Positions 45,468-55,261 of a DNA stretch of 64,000 nucleotides are shown in pieces. Below the pieces are notes generated by a model. The model was not told the DNA's origin and made no database searches. It saw only the letters and a program-made list of their open reading frames with translations. The stretch is from NCBI GenBank assembly GCA_022843545.1, contig JALHNL010000002.1, positions 47,992 through 111,991 of the forward strand. Direction: 5' to 3'. The DNA is from Phycisphaerales bacterium (lineage in GTDB: Bacteria > Planctomycetota > Phycisphaerae > Phycisphaerales > UBA1924). Every line of letters starts with the position of its first letter. The first letter of the stretch is position 1. The position numbers and the translations under genes are program-made.

Positions 45468-45576
45468 GTTCTCAAGTCCTTTGCGAGCGTGGGTCCGTCA
45501 CTTGTCCGTCCCAGAGGCTCGATGTCTACTTCAGTTTCCGCGAGTGACCGGAGCCGCTTGCGCGACGCCGGGAATT

Positions 45577-45885
45577 TCAAGCCTTGATCTTAATGAACAC
45601 GCCCGCAGGGACGACGAGGCGGTTCAGGGCCTCGACGGTGCGGGCGTTGGGCTCGACGATGTCGATGATGCGCTTGTGCGTGCGGATCTCAAACTGCTCG
45701 CGCGACTTCTTGTCGATGAACGGCGAACGCAGCACGGTGTACCGCTCCACGCGCGTCGGAAGCGGGATCGGGCCCGCAACTTTGGCGTTGGTGCGCTTGG
45801 CGTGGTCCACGATCTCCTTGGCGCTGGCGTCCAGAGCCATGTGGTCGTAGGCCTCCATCCGAATTCGAATCCGGCCGCCCTGCAT
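45577..45885 (-). CDS. rpsJ: 30S ribosomal protein S10
   Basis: Reads [47 protein letters not shown] 45885 is preceded by AGGAAG. The track ORF extends to 45957. Confidence 0.93.
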   Translation of the reverse strand: MQGGRIRIRMEAYDHMALDASAKEIVDHAKRTNAKVAGPIPLPTRVERYTVLRSPFIDKKSREQFEIRTHKRIIDIVEPNARTVEALNRLVVPAGVFIKIKA

Positions 45886-46122
45886 GCGTCGTCTTCCTGT
45901 TGCTTCCGTCGCCATCTCTCGCGAACCAGCCGATTTGACCGCCGTGCCCGGATTCACAACCGGGTCACGACTCTCGATCGCAGAGGCTTCGCGTCCTCAG
46001 GCCGAAGAATTCCGGCCCGACCTGCACAGCCCAAGCTCTCAACCGCCCGGCTCCGCCGGACCGTGTCCCACGCACAAGGCGCACGCGCACGCCGCCCGCT
46101 GGTCAAGCGGACGGGGAAGGGA

Positions 46123-46150
46123 AGGGTAGACACCTCCCGGAGATTGTCAA
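46123..46150 (-). promoter_or_regulatory. Candidate sigma70-type promoter of the S10-spc-alpha superoperon
   Basis: Minus strand reads TTGACA, a 16-nt spacer (atctccgggaggtgtc), then TACCCT. This would give an approx 230-nt leader before rpsJ. Confidence 0.35.
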
Positions 46151-46242
46151 CTGCTCTTCACGGTTGGGGTCGAGGTGTGGATGAACCGCGGCCATCTTTC
46201 GCCCACCCTCCCCCACTTCTCCGGTCCCTATCCTGCGGTCCC

Positions 46243-47808
46243 ATGCCGCCACTTCCGAAGTTCTGCCTCGGCTTCACTTTACTCCTGTGCCTAGTCTCCG
46301 CGGCGTCGGGCCAGCCGGGCAACCGCGAGCCGAGGGTCGCCCGCCCAGGCGGAGCGACGGCGCCGGCCGGCGCACAGCCCTCTCAGAGTCCAAGTTCGCC
46401 CAAGGCCGGCGATGGCATCCCCTATTTTGAGGGATATCCAACCCTGCTCTCCGATGAGTGGGTTGATGTTCCTGAGGCCGATGCCCGGCTGCGCTTGCCG
46501 GCGGAGGCCCTGGCCACCCGCACCCAGAACGGGGGAGTGTCCACCATCGACCTCCGCGCATCCACCGGGCGGTGGACGCTGAAAGTCAGTTCCATCCGCG
46601 GGAGCACCCCGGCGGCGACGGTGAGCGAGGTGCTGGACGCCGCGCTGCTGGACCTGGCCAAGCGGGCCGGTGTCCTCGTGGATCCCAAGACGCGCAAGCC
46701 GTTTGCCACACCGGTGCGGTTTGTGGAGCCGGCGCCGGGGGCATCGCGGGCGATCCGCCTGCGCGGCGCGACGGGGCCGGCGGAGCGGGTGGTGGTGGCG
46801 GTGCCCGAAGAAGACGGGCAGGGCGCGATCCGCGGGATCGCGCTGGTGCGCGCCACGGGCGATCGCTTTGTGCTGGTCGATCTGTTCACGTCCGAGGCGA
46901 ACCTCGACGAAGGGCGGCGAGTGTTTGACGCGGTGCTGGCGAGCATCGTGATCCGCAGCGGCGCGGAGGCGAGCGCGGAGCGCCAGCGCCTGATCGCGAC
47001 GGGCGACGCGCTGCTGCGCCGCTGGTCCGGCGGCGAGCTCGCGGGCGCGCTGCCCGAGAAGCAGGAGTGGTTCCGGCTCTACTCGCCCGCGGGCGAAGAC
47101 GGCGCGGAGAAGGAGCACGGCTATCGCGGCGTGAGGGGCTGGACGGGCAAGCGGAGCGAACTGGGCCTGGGCAACCCCGGCGGCGAGGACCCCAGCGGCT
47201 ACCTGGCGGAGATCGTGGCACGCGTGGTGCAGCCCACGGGCGGCGAGGACAAGGCCTGGTTCATCACCGACACGCGCGCGGTGTTCTTTCTCTCCACGGA
47301 CCGTCGCGAGGAGGCCTGGTCGGTGATGACCACGGCGCGCGACTCGCGGGTGACCAAGGGTCAGACGTACTCTGAACTGGGCGCGCGTTCCGGCGGCAGC
47401 ATGAGCGTGCAGCTCTCGCAGCCGGGTCGGCCCATGCGGCAGATCAAGCCCACCGTACCGCCCGAGGGATTCCTGAGCCAGCTCGAGACGATCGTCTTGC
47501 CCAGGCTGCTGGTCAAGACGGGCGCGGAAGCCGAGGCGGGCTTCTACGCGTATCGCTCGGACGCCGAGGCGGTGACGATGCGGCGCGACACGCTGAAGCG
47601 CGACGCGGCGGGCGCGTGGGAGCTCACCAGCACGTTCCGCGAGGGCGAGCCCGCGCAGACCAGCACGCTCGGGGCCGACGGGGCGATCACCCAAACACGC
47701 TTGTTCGACGGGCGACGCTGGGCCCCCACCACGCTTGATGAACTCACCGCGCTGTGGAAGCGGCAGGGGCTGCCGACCACCGGCGACGCGGCCTCAGGCT
47801 CGCGCTGA
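46243..47808 (+). CDS. Hypothetical secreted protein
   Basis: ATG 46243 gives MPPLPKFCLGFTLLLCLVSAASGQ, a signal peptide; 521 aa. The upstream part of the 820-aa track ORF is antisense to rpsJ/rplC and is not credible. No family recognised. Confidence 0.6.
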   Translation: MPPLPKFCLGFTLLLCLVSAASGQPGNREPRVARPGGATAPAGAQPSQSPSSPKAGDGIPYFEGYPTLLSDEWVDVPEADARLRLPAEALATRTQNGGVSTIDLRASTGRWTLKVSSIRGSTPAATVSEVLDAALLDLAKRAGVLVDPKTRKPFATPVRFVEPAPGASRAIRLRGATGPAERVVVAVPEEDGQGAIRGIALVRATGDRFVLVDLFTSEANLDEGRRVFDAVLASIVIRSGAEASAERQRLIATGDALLRRWSGGELAGALPEKQEWFRLYSPAGEDGAEKEHGYRGVRGWTGKRSELGLGNPGGEDPSGYLAEIVARVVQPTGGEDKAWFITDTRAVFFLSTDRREEAWSVMTTARDSRVTKGQTYSELGARSGGSMSVQLSQPGRPMRQIKPTVPPEGFLSQLETIVLPRLLVKTGAEAEAGFYAYRSDAEAVTMRRDTLKRDAAGAWELTSTFREGEPAQTSTLGADGAITQTRLFDGRRWAPTTLDELTALWKRQGLPTTGDAASGSR

Positions 47809-48903
47809 GTCGCTCTGGCCCACCGGGTCGAGCCAAGGGACGACCATCCGGACCCGCGGCGCGGGCGGGTTTTGGATCGCGTCCAGCAGCGGGCCGGGCT
47901 CGAGCGTGGCGATGATGTTCGCGTCGGGGCGGTCGGATGCGGCGCACTCGGCGATACCGACTTCGAAGGCGGCCTGGCGCACGGCCCACGCGCCGGGCCC
48001 GGGCTGCACGAACGCGGCGCGGTCGATCAAGCCTTGCTGCTGCGCGGACTCCATCGCCTGGCGGGCTTGGTGAAGGCCTGTGACGCGGTCCCACCAGGCT
48101 CGCGGCAGGGGGCGGCGCACCTGACGGGCCCGGGTCACCATGAGGTCGGCGATGGCCTGGTCGTAGCCCACCATCGCGTGCTCGTGGGCGGCGGTGGTCC
48201 GCAGCGAGGCCAGCGCGTGCTCGACGTGCCAGTCGATCTGGTCCGCGGGGGCGTAGCGCTGGATCGTCCACACGGTGTTGCGGACAAGCCGGCGGATGTC
48301 GGCGACCACGTCTGTCCCGCCCGCCCGGCGGTGCATCACGGCGAAGCGGCGATCCAGTTGCACCCGACGGCCAGCCAGAATGATCCGGGCGCACAGGTCG
48401 GCGGCCTCGCCGCCACGCTCCATCGCGGCGTCGTAGCCCCCCACCGCCAGGAACAGATCGCGCCGCACCGCGCCGGCGCAGGAAGCGAAGACCTCGGGGA
48501 GCCCGCCGGAGTCATGCCGTGGGGCGTCGTCGGGTGCGGGGCGGAAGACTTCCGCGGCGATCGCGCCGGTCTCGTCGTGCGCTTCGCGCAAGGCGGCGAA
48601 GAGCCCCTCGTGCAGCGGGTGGGCGTCGTCGTGGAGCAGGACCAGCCAGTCCGACCGAGGGTCCGCAGTTCGCGCGGCGGCGTTGCACGCGGCGGCGGGC
48701 GACGGCCCCGCGTCGCGGATGACCTTCACCGGCACGCCCGAAGGCAGGGCCGGCCCGACGGTGACGGGCTGGGCGGAGGCATGGTCGGCGACGATGACCT
48801 CGGCCCCACCCACCTCCGCGTGAACCCCCAGCCGGTGGATGGCCTCGAGCGTCCAGGCCAGTTCGGCGGGTCGGTCACGGGTTGTGATGACGTAGGAGAT
48901 CAT
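47794..48903 (-). CDS. Glycosyltransferase family 2-like
   Basis: Start ATG 48903 (MISYVITTRDRPAELAWTLEAI), with VIVADHASAQP and a LVLLHDDAHP (DxD-like) motif. Confidence 0.65.
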   Translation of the reverse strand: MISYVITTRDRPAELAWTLEAIHRLGVHAEVGGAEVIVADHASAQPVTVGPALPSGVPVKVIRDAGPSPAAACNAAARTADPRSDWLVLLHDDAHPLHEGLFAALREAHDETGAIAAEVFRPAPDDAPRHDSGGLPEVFASCAGAVRRDLFLAVGGYDAAMERGGEAADLCARIILAGRRVQLDRRFAVMHRRAGGTDVVADIRRLVRNTVWTIQRYAPADQIDWHVEHALASLRTTAAHEHAMVGYDQAIADLMVTRARQVRRPLPRAWWDRVTGLHQARQAMESAQQQGLIDRAAFVQPGPGAWAVRQAAFEVGIAECAASDRPDANIIATLEPGPLLDAIQNPPAPRVRMVVPWLDPVGQSDSARA

Positions 48904-48990
48904 TCGGCGTGAATCGGCGGGATCGAACACCGGGGTTATCGGCAGGGCGGGGCGGGCACGATTCAGAATGAGCGGCGGGATTATCGGTCC

Positions 48991-49350
48991 GTGCGGCTCA
49001 ACCGGGCCGTCCCGAGGTCCGATACGGAGATCATGGAACACGACCGCCGCCTGCACCCTCGCGTCCAGATTCAGAAGCCGGTCAAGGTGTACATCCCGTC
49101 GACGCGCCAGTACGTGGGCGGGGCGACAGGGGACGTCTCGATCGGGGGCGTGCTGCTGGAACTGCACAGCGCCCGCCCGCTGAACGTGGGCGACCGCATC
49201 GACGTGGGCGTGGCCTGGACCGGCGCGCCGATCCTGGCGGGCGAGCGCCTCATCCCCAGCCGCGTGGTGCGCGTTCATGCGCGGCGCGACGGCGTGCAGA
49301 GGCTCGCGCTGTCGTTCATGGAGCGGCAGGCGCTGGCGGCGGCGGCCTGA
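48991..49350 (+). CDS. PilZ-domain protein (putative c-di-GMP receptor)
   Basis: Has DRRLHPRV (RxxxR) and GDVSIGGV (D/NxSxxG) with the usual spacing. The likely start is ATG 49033 (MEHDRRL). Confidence 0.7.
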   Translation: MRLNRAVPRSDTEIMEHDRRLHPRVQIQKPVKVYIPSTRQYVGGATGDVSIGGVLLELHSARPLNVGDRIDVGVAWTGAPILAGERLIPSRVVRVHARRDGVQRLALSFMERQALAAAA

Positions 49351-49368
49351 TCCATCGCACTTCGGCGA

Positions 49369-51102
49369 TCACGCGAAGAACCGGTCGGCGCCGAGCACCA
49401 CCGAGGACAGATGCGAGAAGTCCGCGGGCTGGGAGCTCGCGTGGGCGAACGCCGAGAGGCTCAACTTGAGTTCGACCTTGGGCTGCGTGCCCTGATCCGA
49501 AGCCAGTTCGGCATCGCGGGCGCGGGCCGAGCGGACGTTGAAGCGGACCTGGACATTCTGGGCCTGCGACTGCGCGCCCGAGGGGTCCACGGCCTTGATG
49601 CTGAAGGCGGTGACGGTGCCGCTGCGGACCGGGGAGGTCCAGGTGAAATTCGTGCCCGGGGTGATGAGCACCTCGCCGCGGATGCGCTTGCCGTTGAGCA
49701 TGCCCACGCCGCGCTTGACGGTGAGCTGATAGGAGAGGGTGTCGCCGTCGGCGTCGAAGTCGCTCGCCGCGGCGTCGAGCACGGCGTGTGAGAAGACGAT
49801 GCGCTGGCTGCGCTGGTTGACGGCGATGGGGTCGACGCCGGTGAGCGTGGGCGCGTCGTTGATGTCGGGGTTGCCCGCGGGGGGCGGGTCGGCGGGCGGG
49901 TTGGCGGGGGGAGAAGGGTTGGCCGGCGCGCCCATGGCGGCGATCGCGGAGGCCATCGCGAGCATGTCCACCCGCTTGTACGAGGCGTTCGTGTTCACCA
50001 CGTTGTCGTTCTCGTCGTCGCCGTCCTGGATGACCGCGGCGGTGGTGGTGAGCACCTGGCGGAACTCGCTGACGGAGAGCTTGCGACCCAGGAACTGGAT
50101 CGCGACCTGCTGGGCGAGCACCGCCGCGCCGGCGATGATGGGCGAGGCCATCGACGTGCCGGCCATGCTGACGAAGCCCGAGCCCGACTTGGCGGCGCCG
50201 GAGAGGAACGCGCCGGGGGCGAAGATGTCCATGTTCGAGGATCGCTGCGAGAAGGGCGCGATCACGTTGGGCGCGCTGGAGTGCGCCGTGGAGTTGCTGA
50301 AGCCCACCGGGCCGTAGTTCGCCGCGAAGGTGGCCCCCACCGCGATGGTGTTGGGGTCGGCGGCGGGATAGGCCAGGCCCGGGGTGTTGAACGAGCCGTA
50401 CGAATTGCCCGCGGCGGCGGCGACGATCACGCCCATGCCGGCCAGGGCGGAGAGTTCATCGGCGAGCCCGAATCGACCGGCGCGGGTGGTGTAGTTGCCG
50501 CCGTCGCCCAGAGACATGTTCACCGAGGCGATGTTGTACGCGGCGGCGTTGGCGACGCACCACTGGAGCGCGGCCTCGATGGCGGCGAAGGAGCCCGCGC
50601 CGCTGTTGTCCAGCACCTTGAGCGCGATGATGTTTGCGCCCGGAGCCACGCCGGGGAAGGACGAACCGCCGCCCGCGACGAGGCTGGCGACGTGCGAGCC
50701 GTGACCATGGGCGTCGCCGGCGAGTGCCGCGCCGGAGGTGAAGTCGCGCTGGAAGACGATGCGATCGGCGATGCCGTTGGCGTTGGCGTCGGGCCCGAAG
50801 ACGGGGTGGCTGCTGTTGATGCCGGTGTCGATGATGACCGTCGAGAAGCCCTGCCCGATCATGTTCCCGAAGCGGGCGTCGGCGCGGAAGCCGCCCAGGT
50901 TGATGGCGGTGTGGGCGGCGATGCCCGAACTCCCGCCGGCGGACACGATGATCGGCGGCAGCGAGGCGACGGCGCTGGACGCGGTGGTCGTCAGCCCGCC
51001 CATGAGATCGCTGACCGAAGCGACGGCCAGCAGCGCGCGGGGTTCGAGCGCCTCGAAGGCCTCGGGGGGCGTGCCTGGCTGACGGGCGATGAACTTGGGC
51101 AC
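49369..51102 (-). CDS. Subtilisin-like (S8) serine protease with cadherin-like C-terminal domain
   Basis: Has VIIDTGINSSHPVF (Asp), HGHGSHVASLVAG (His) and GTSMASPIIAGAAVL (Ser). The C-terminus has DINDAPTLTG...DADGDTLSY. The N-terminus reads FEALEPRALLA. Confidence 0.85.
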   Translation of the reverse strand: MPKFIARQPGTPPEAFEALEPRALLAVASVSDLMGGLTTTASSAVASLPPIIVSAGGSSGIAAHTAINLGGFRADARFGNMIGQGFSTVIIDTGINSSHPVFGPDANANGIADRIVFQRDFTSGAALAGDAHGHGSHVASLVAGGGSSFPGVAPGANIIALKVLDNSGAGSFAAIEAALQWCVANAAAYNIASVNMSLGDGGNYTTRAGRFGLADELSALAGMGVIVAAAAGNSYGSFNTPGLAYPAADPNTIAVGATFAANYGPVGFSNSTAHSSAPNVIAPFSQRSSNMDIFAPGAFLSGAAKSGSGFVSMAGTSMASPIIAGAAVLAQQVAIQFLGRKLSVSEFRQVLTTTAAVIQDGDDENDNVVNTNASYKRVDMLAMASAIAAMGAPANPSPPANPPADPPPAGNPDINDAPTLTGVDPIAVNQRSQRIVFSHAVLDAAASDFDADGDTLSYQLTVKRGVGMLNGKRIRGEVLITPGTNFTWTSPVRSGTVTAFSIKAVDPSGAQSQAQNVQVRFNVRSARARDAELASDQGTQPKVELKLSLSAFAHASSQPADFSHLSSVVLGADRFFA

Positions 51103-51345
51103 GGCGACACTCCCCGGCGGTCGGCGCCTGTCCCCACGAGGGCGCGGCCGACACCAGAGCGTGCGATTGAGACCGTTTGCATGCCCGGCGCGTGAAGCGG
51201 GGCGAAGTGAAGGGGTGCGGGCGGGAGGGGTGGGGCAAAGGGCGGGCGGTTATGGGGCGGGGGGGCGGCACGAGGGCAGGGGCCGGGGTGACGCATTGTT
51301 GACAGTTCTGCATCCATTTGCCAACGGTGGGCATATCATGGCGAG

Positions 51346-52056
51346 ATGCCGATGGGTCGTGAAGAGCGTGTGAGGCTGATGACGCCGGACAAGTGGCGGG
51401 TGATGCTGTCGCCCGTGCGCGCGGACCTGTCCGAGAATCTGCGGTCCATCGGCCCGTGCTCCATCGCGGAAATCGCGGCGATGATCGGGCGCCGCCCGGA
51501 CACGCTGTATCGGCATGTGGCGACGCTGATTAGGGCGGGGTTCGTGAAGCCGGCGGGCTATCGCAAGAACGGGCGGCACGTCGAGCAGTTGATTGACGCG
51601 ACGGCCGACGACTTCATGATCGACCTTGGCCGCCACGGCGACGTGGATGAGGGCAACGAGGGCGTCGCGGCGACGGCGGCGGGCTTCCTGAAGAGCGCGG
51701 CGCGGACCATCGTGAGGGCCTCCGAGGCGCGGATGCTGCGGCTGACCCCGCACGACCGCAACGTGACGGTGCTCTACGAGCAGAGCCGGCTGACTCCGCA
51801 GAAGTTCAAGCGCGTGAGGGAACTGCTGTTTGAGGCCAAAAGGATCATGGACGAGTGCAAGGGCTCGCCCGAGGGCCAGTTGTACATGCTGGTCATGGCG
51901 GCATCGCCCGTGCCGCTGGGATCACGCCAGCGCCCGCGGAACAAGCCAGCGCCTCACCGCACCGCCGGGAACCGCGGGCTGCAACAGCCCAAGGCCGCCC
52001 GCGCGCCCAAACGACGCGACCTTCGCTCAGGCCCCCGCGCGGAGGTCGCACCATGA
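51346..52056 (+). CDS. Winged-helix (ArsR/MarR-like) transcriptional regulator with basic C-terminal tail
   Basis: Reads GPCSIAEIAAMIGRRPDTLYRHVATLIRAGFVKPAGYRKNGR. Confidence 0.6.
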   Translation: MPMGREERVRLMTPDKWRVMLSPVRADLSENLRSIGPCSIAEIAAMIGRRPDTLYRHVATLIRAGFVKPAGYRKNGRHVEQLIDATADDFMIDLGRHGDVDEGNEGVAATAAGFLKSAARTIVRASEARMLRLTPHDRNVTVLYEQSRLTPQKFKRVRELLFEAKRIMDECKGSPEGQLYMLVMAASPVPLGSRQRPRNKPAPHRTAGNRGLQQPKAARAPKRRDLRSGPRAEVAP

Positions 52057-52229
52057 GGCCCTAGCGACCGGACCAGCCAACCCGAGCCACCGGCCGGGCG
52101 TGCCGAGCGGGGTGTTCCCATCGGCACGCCCGATTTTTTTGCCCGGGGCGAGCGGGCCTGGTGACGGCGGCGGGCACGCCGACCTCCCCCACTCCGCTCC
52201 GCCGGGCCGGGCGCACGGTACCATGCGGC

Positions 52230-53303
52230 ATGCCCGAGGCCGGAACACACGATGCGCCGGTGCTGCTCCCGCGGCGGGTGCTGATCATCCGCCCCAGCGC
52301 GCTTGGCGACGTGTGCCGGTCGGTGCCTCTGGCGGCGAGCCTTCGTGCGGCGTGGCCGCAGGCGCGGATCGAGTGGCTGGTGCAGGACACGTTTGCGCCC
52401 GCGGTGAGCGCCCACCCGGCGGTGGACGAGGTGGTGCCGTTCCCGCGTTCGCGGCTGTCGCGGCTGTGGGTGCCAGGGGTGGCGAAGGAGGCGTTCTCGT
52501 TCCTGCGCGGGCTGGGCGAACCGGGCTACGACGTGGTGATCGACGCGCAGGGCCTCTTGCGGAGCGGGCTGTTCACGTTCGCGACACGGGCGAAGATCCG
52601 CGTGGGCTACGCCAATGCTCAGGAACTGGGCTGGCTGGGGTGCAACGTCCGCGTCACGGCCCCGCGCGGGGCGCACGCGGTGGACCGGATGCTCAAACTG
52701 CTGGAGCCGCTGGGGGTGCCCGAGGTGCGCGACCTGCGGCTCTATGCGCCCTCGCCCGAGCGCGAGGCCGCCGCACGCGACGAGCGGCTGTCGGGGCCCT
52801 TTGCGCTGCTTTCGCCCACGAGCCGCTGGCCGGGCAAGCGGTGGGCGGCGGGGCGGTTTGCGCAGTTGGCGCGCCGGCTGCTCGACGCGGGCGCGGTGCA
52901 GCGCGTGGTGGTGGTGGGCGGCAAGTCGGAGCGCGATCAGTGCGGCCCGCTGCTGGACATGGCCTCGGGCGACCGGCGCGTGGTGGACCTGATCGGGGCG
53001 ACCTCCGTGGGCGGGCTGATGGCGGCGGTTGAGCGGGCGGCGGTGGTGATCGCCAACGACAGCGCGGTGCTGCACATGGCGGTGGGGTTTGACCGCCCGA
53101 TGGTCGGGCTCTACGGCCCCACGGACGTGGCCCGCGTGGGCCCGTATGGGCGGAGCGACCGGGTGATCCAGCACGTGGGCGTGGGCGAGAGGCTGGACCA
53201 CAAGGACGAGGACCTGGGGCGCGGGTACATGGACCGCATCACCGTGGACGAGGTGGAGGCGATGGCGCTGCAGTCGCTGCGGCCGGCCGCCAGCAACGCC
53301 TGA
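52230..53303 (+). CDS. Glycosyltransferase family 9 (heptosyltransferase-like)
   Basis: Has RVLIIRPSALGDVCRSVPL, IDAQGLLRSG, SRWPGKRW and ANDSAVLHMAVGF. The ORF opens at GTG 52161; ATG 52230 is preferred. Confidence 0.8.
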   Translation: MPEAGTHDAPVLLPRRVLIIRPSALGDVCRSVPLAASLRAAWPQARIEWLVQDTFAPAVSAHPAVDEVVPFPRSRLSRLWVPGVAKEAFSFLRGLGEPGYDVVIDAQGLLRSGLFTFATRAKIRVGYANAQELGWLGCNVRVTAPRGAHAVDRMLKLLEPLGVPEVRDLRLYAPSPEREAAARDERLSGPFALLSPTSRWPGKRWAAGRFAQLARRLLDAGAVQRVVVVGGKSERDQCGPLLDMASGDRRVVDLIGATSVGGLMAAVERAAVVIANDSAVLHMAVGFDRPMVGLYGPTDVARVGPYGRSDRVIQHVGVGERLDHKDEDLGRGYMDRITVDEVEAMALQSLRPAASNA

Positions 53304-53377
53304 AACGAGAAGCGGCGACGGCGTGGTGCGCCGTCGCCGCGGGTGATGGTCTGCGTGCGCGCCGGTCGGCGCGGGGT

Positions 53378-55177
53378 TCAGCGGAACAGGATGACGCTGG
53401 GGCTGACCAGCAACACCGGCTCGCGGTGGAGCTGGATCATCGCGTCAAGGTGCGTCTGCACGGAGCGCCAGTGGTCGGGCCCGATGAGCTGCTGCCCGAT
53501 GGCGGAGATGTCGCGCATGGGCCCGGTGAGCGAGCCGCCGACCGACGGCGCCGCGGCATGGCCCATCATCTCCTCGAGCATCTCGGCGAAGGACTTGGGC
53601 GCGGGGTAGTCGAGCACGTCGTAGGACCCCGACGAGAGGCCAACCTTGGCGGCGAGGTCGCCGATGGCGTCCTGATAGGTGCCGATCTCGTCGGCCATCT
53701 TGAGGTCGACGGCCTTCTTGCCGGTGAAGAGGCGGCCCGCGGCGGTCTTGTCGAGGTCGATGCCGGGACGACCCGCGGTGACGCGCGAGGTGAACTGGTC
53801 GTAGGTCTGGGTCATCTTCTGACGCACCAGGGCCTTGTCCTGCTCGTTCCACGGCTTGGCCATGGACATCATGTCGGCCCGCGGCCCGCGCGAGCGCGAG
53901 ACCACGTTGACCTTCACCATGTCCATGAGCCCGCCCAGGGCGAGCTTGCCGCCCACCACGCCAATGGAGCCCACGATCGACGACGGGTTGACGTAGATCT
54001 TCTCGCCCGAGACGGCGATGTAGTACCCGCCCGAGGCGGCCATGGAGCCCACGCTGACCCAGACAGGCTTCTTGGCGGCGACGCGCTTGACGCCGCGCCA
54101 GATGACCTCCGACGCGATGGCCGAACCGCCGGGGGAGTCGATGCGGATGACGACGCCCTTGATCTTGTCCTCATCCTCGATGGCCGCGAGGGCCTTGCGG
54201 ACGGTGCGCGAGCCGACGCTGCCCTCGCCGCCGAAGAGGCCGCCGCCGGTGGAGTCACCGTCGACGATCGCGCCGTCGATGTGGAGGACCGCGATGGTGT
54301 CGCGCTTGGGGGCGCGGTTGGGCGTTTCGCCCAGCATGCGGAAGATGGCGAAGGGGTTGCCCATGTCCATCTCGCGCTTGGCGCTGGGCAGCACGTTGTT
54401 GTTCCAGTTCACATCGGAGGCGGAGTGCGCCTTCTTGATGTGCGCCTCGAGGTCGGGCAGGTCCACCGCGGAGTCGACCAGGCCCACCTTCACCGCCTCG
54501 TCGGCGTCGGCCATCCACGCCACCTTCATCGCCTCATCGAGCTTGGCGTCGTCCATGCCGCGGCCGGCCTTCAGTTCGTCGCGGAGCACGCCGTACATGG
54601 AGTCGAGGAGCTGGTTGATGTTCTCGTCCCAGGCCTTGCTGGGCTTGCTGTTGGCCATCATCTCGCTGGCGCCCTTGTAGTCGCCCACCTGCACGAAGTC
54701 GGGGGAGATGCCGACCCACTTGAGCATGTCGGCCAGGAACATCTCGTCCATGTGCATGCCCGGGAGCGAGACCGCGCCGCCGGCCTGCACGATCACCTCG
54801 TCGGCGTAGGAGCCCAGGCGGAGTTCGCCGGTGTCGAAGAGTTCGGAGAAGAGGTGGACCTTCTTGCCGGAGGCGCGGAAGTCCTTGAGGGCGGCGCCGA
54901 TCTCCTCGATCTGCGCGCCGTTCATGCTCGCGTCGCGGAGGCGGATGAGCAGGGCGTCCACCTTGTCGTCGGTCTTGGCCCGCTCGATGGCGCGGACCAG
55001 GTCGCGCAGCGAGATGCCCGAAGAGCTGCCGAAAAGCGACTGCTCGGGGGCGCGGTCGTTGACCGAGCCCTTGAGCTCGATGACGCCCACGTCGAGAGGC
55101 CCGCTCGCGGAGGCGGAACCCGCGAGCGCGGCGAGGGTGAGCGTGGACAGGGCGGCGAGGCGGGAGAACGTACGCAT
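53378..55177 (-). CDS. sppA: Signal peptide peptidase SppA, 67K type (S49)
   Basis: 599 aa with a signal peptide and two S49 repeats, including SMAASGGYYIAVSGEKIYVNPSSIVGSIGV. Confidence 0.85.
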   Translation of the reverse strand: MRTFSRLAALSTLTLAALAGSASASGPLDVGVIELKGSVNDRAPEQSLFGSSSGISLRDLVRAIERAKTDDKVDALLIRLRDASMNGAQIEEIGAALKDFRASGKKVHLFSELFDTGELRLGSYADEVIVQAGGAVSLPGMHMDEMFLADMLKWVGISPDFVQVGDYKGASEMMANSKPSKAWDENINQLLDSMYGVLRDELKAGRGMDDAKLDEAMKVAWMADADEAVKVGLVDSAVDLPDLEAHIKKAHSASDVNWNNNVLPSAKREMDMGNPFAIFRMLGETPNRAPKRDTIAVLHIDGAIVDGDSTGGGLFGGEGSVGSRTVRKALAAIEDEDKIKGVVIRIDSPGGSAIASEVIWRGVKRVAAKKPVWVSVGSMAASGGYYIAVSGEKIYVNPSSIVGSIGVVGGKLALGGLMDMVKVNVVSRSRGPRADMMSMAKPWNEQDKALVRQKMTQTYDQFTSRVTAGRPGIDLDKTAAGRLFTGKKAVDLKMADEIGTYQDAIGDLAAKVGLSSGSYDVLDYPAPKSFAEMLEEMMGHAAAPSVGGSLTGPMRDISAIGQQLIGPDHWRSVQTHLDAMIQLHREPVLLVSPSVILFR

Positions 55178-55261
55178 TCGGGGGCTCCTCTAAGGTTGCC
55201 AAGGATATTGCCAGCGTTCGCGGCGGTTGCGGGCTGAAGGACCGGGCGGGCCATGGGCGGC

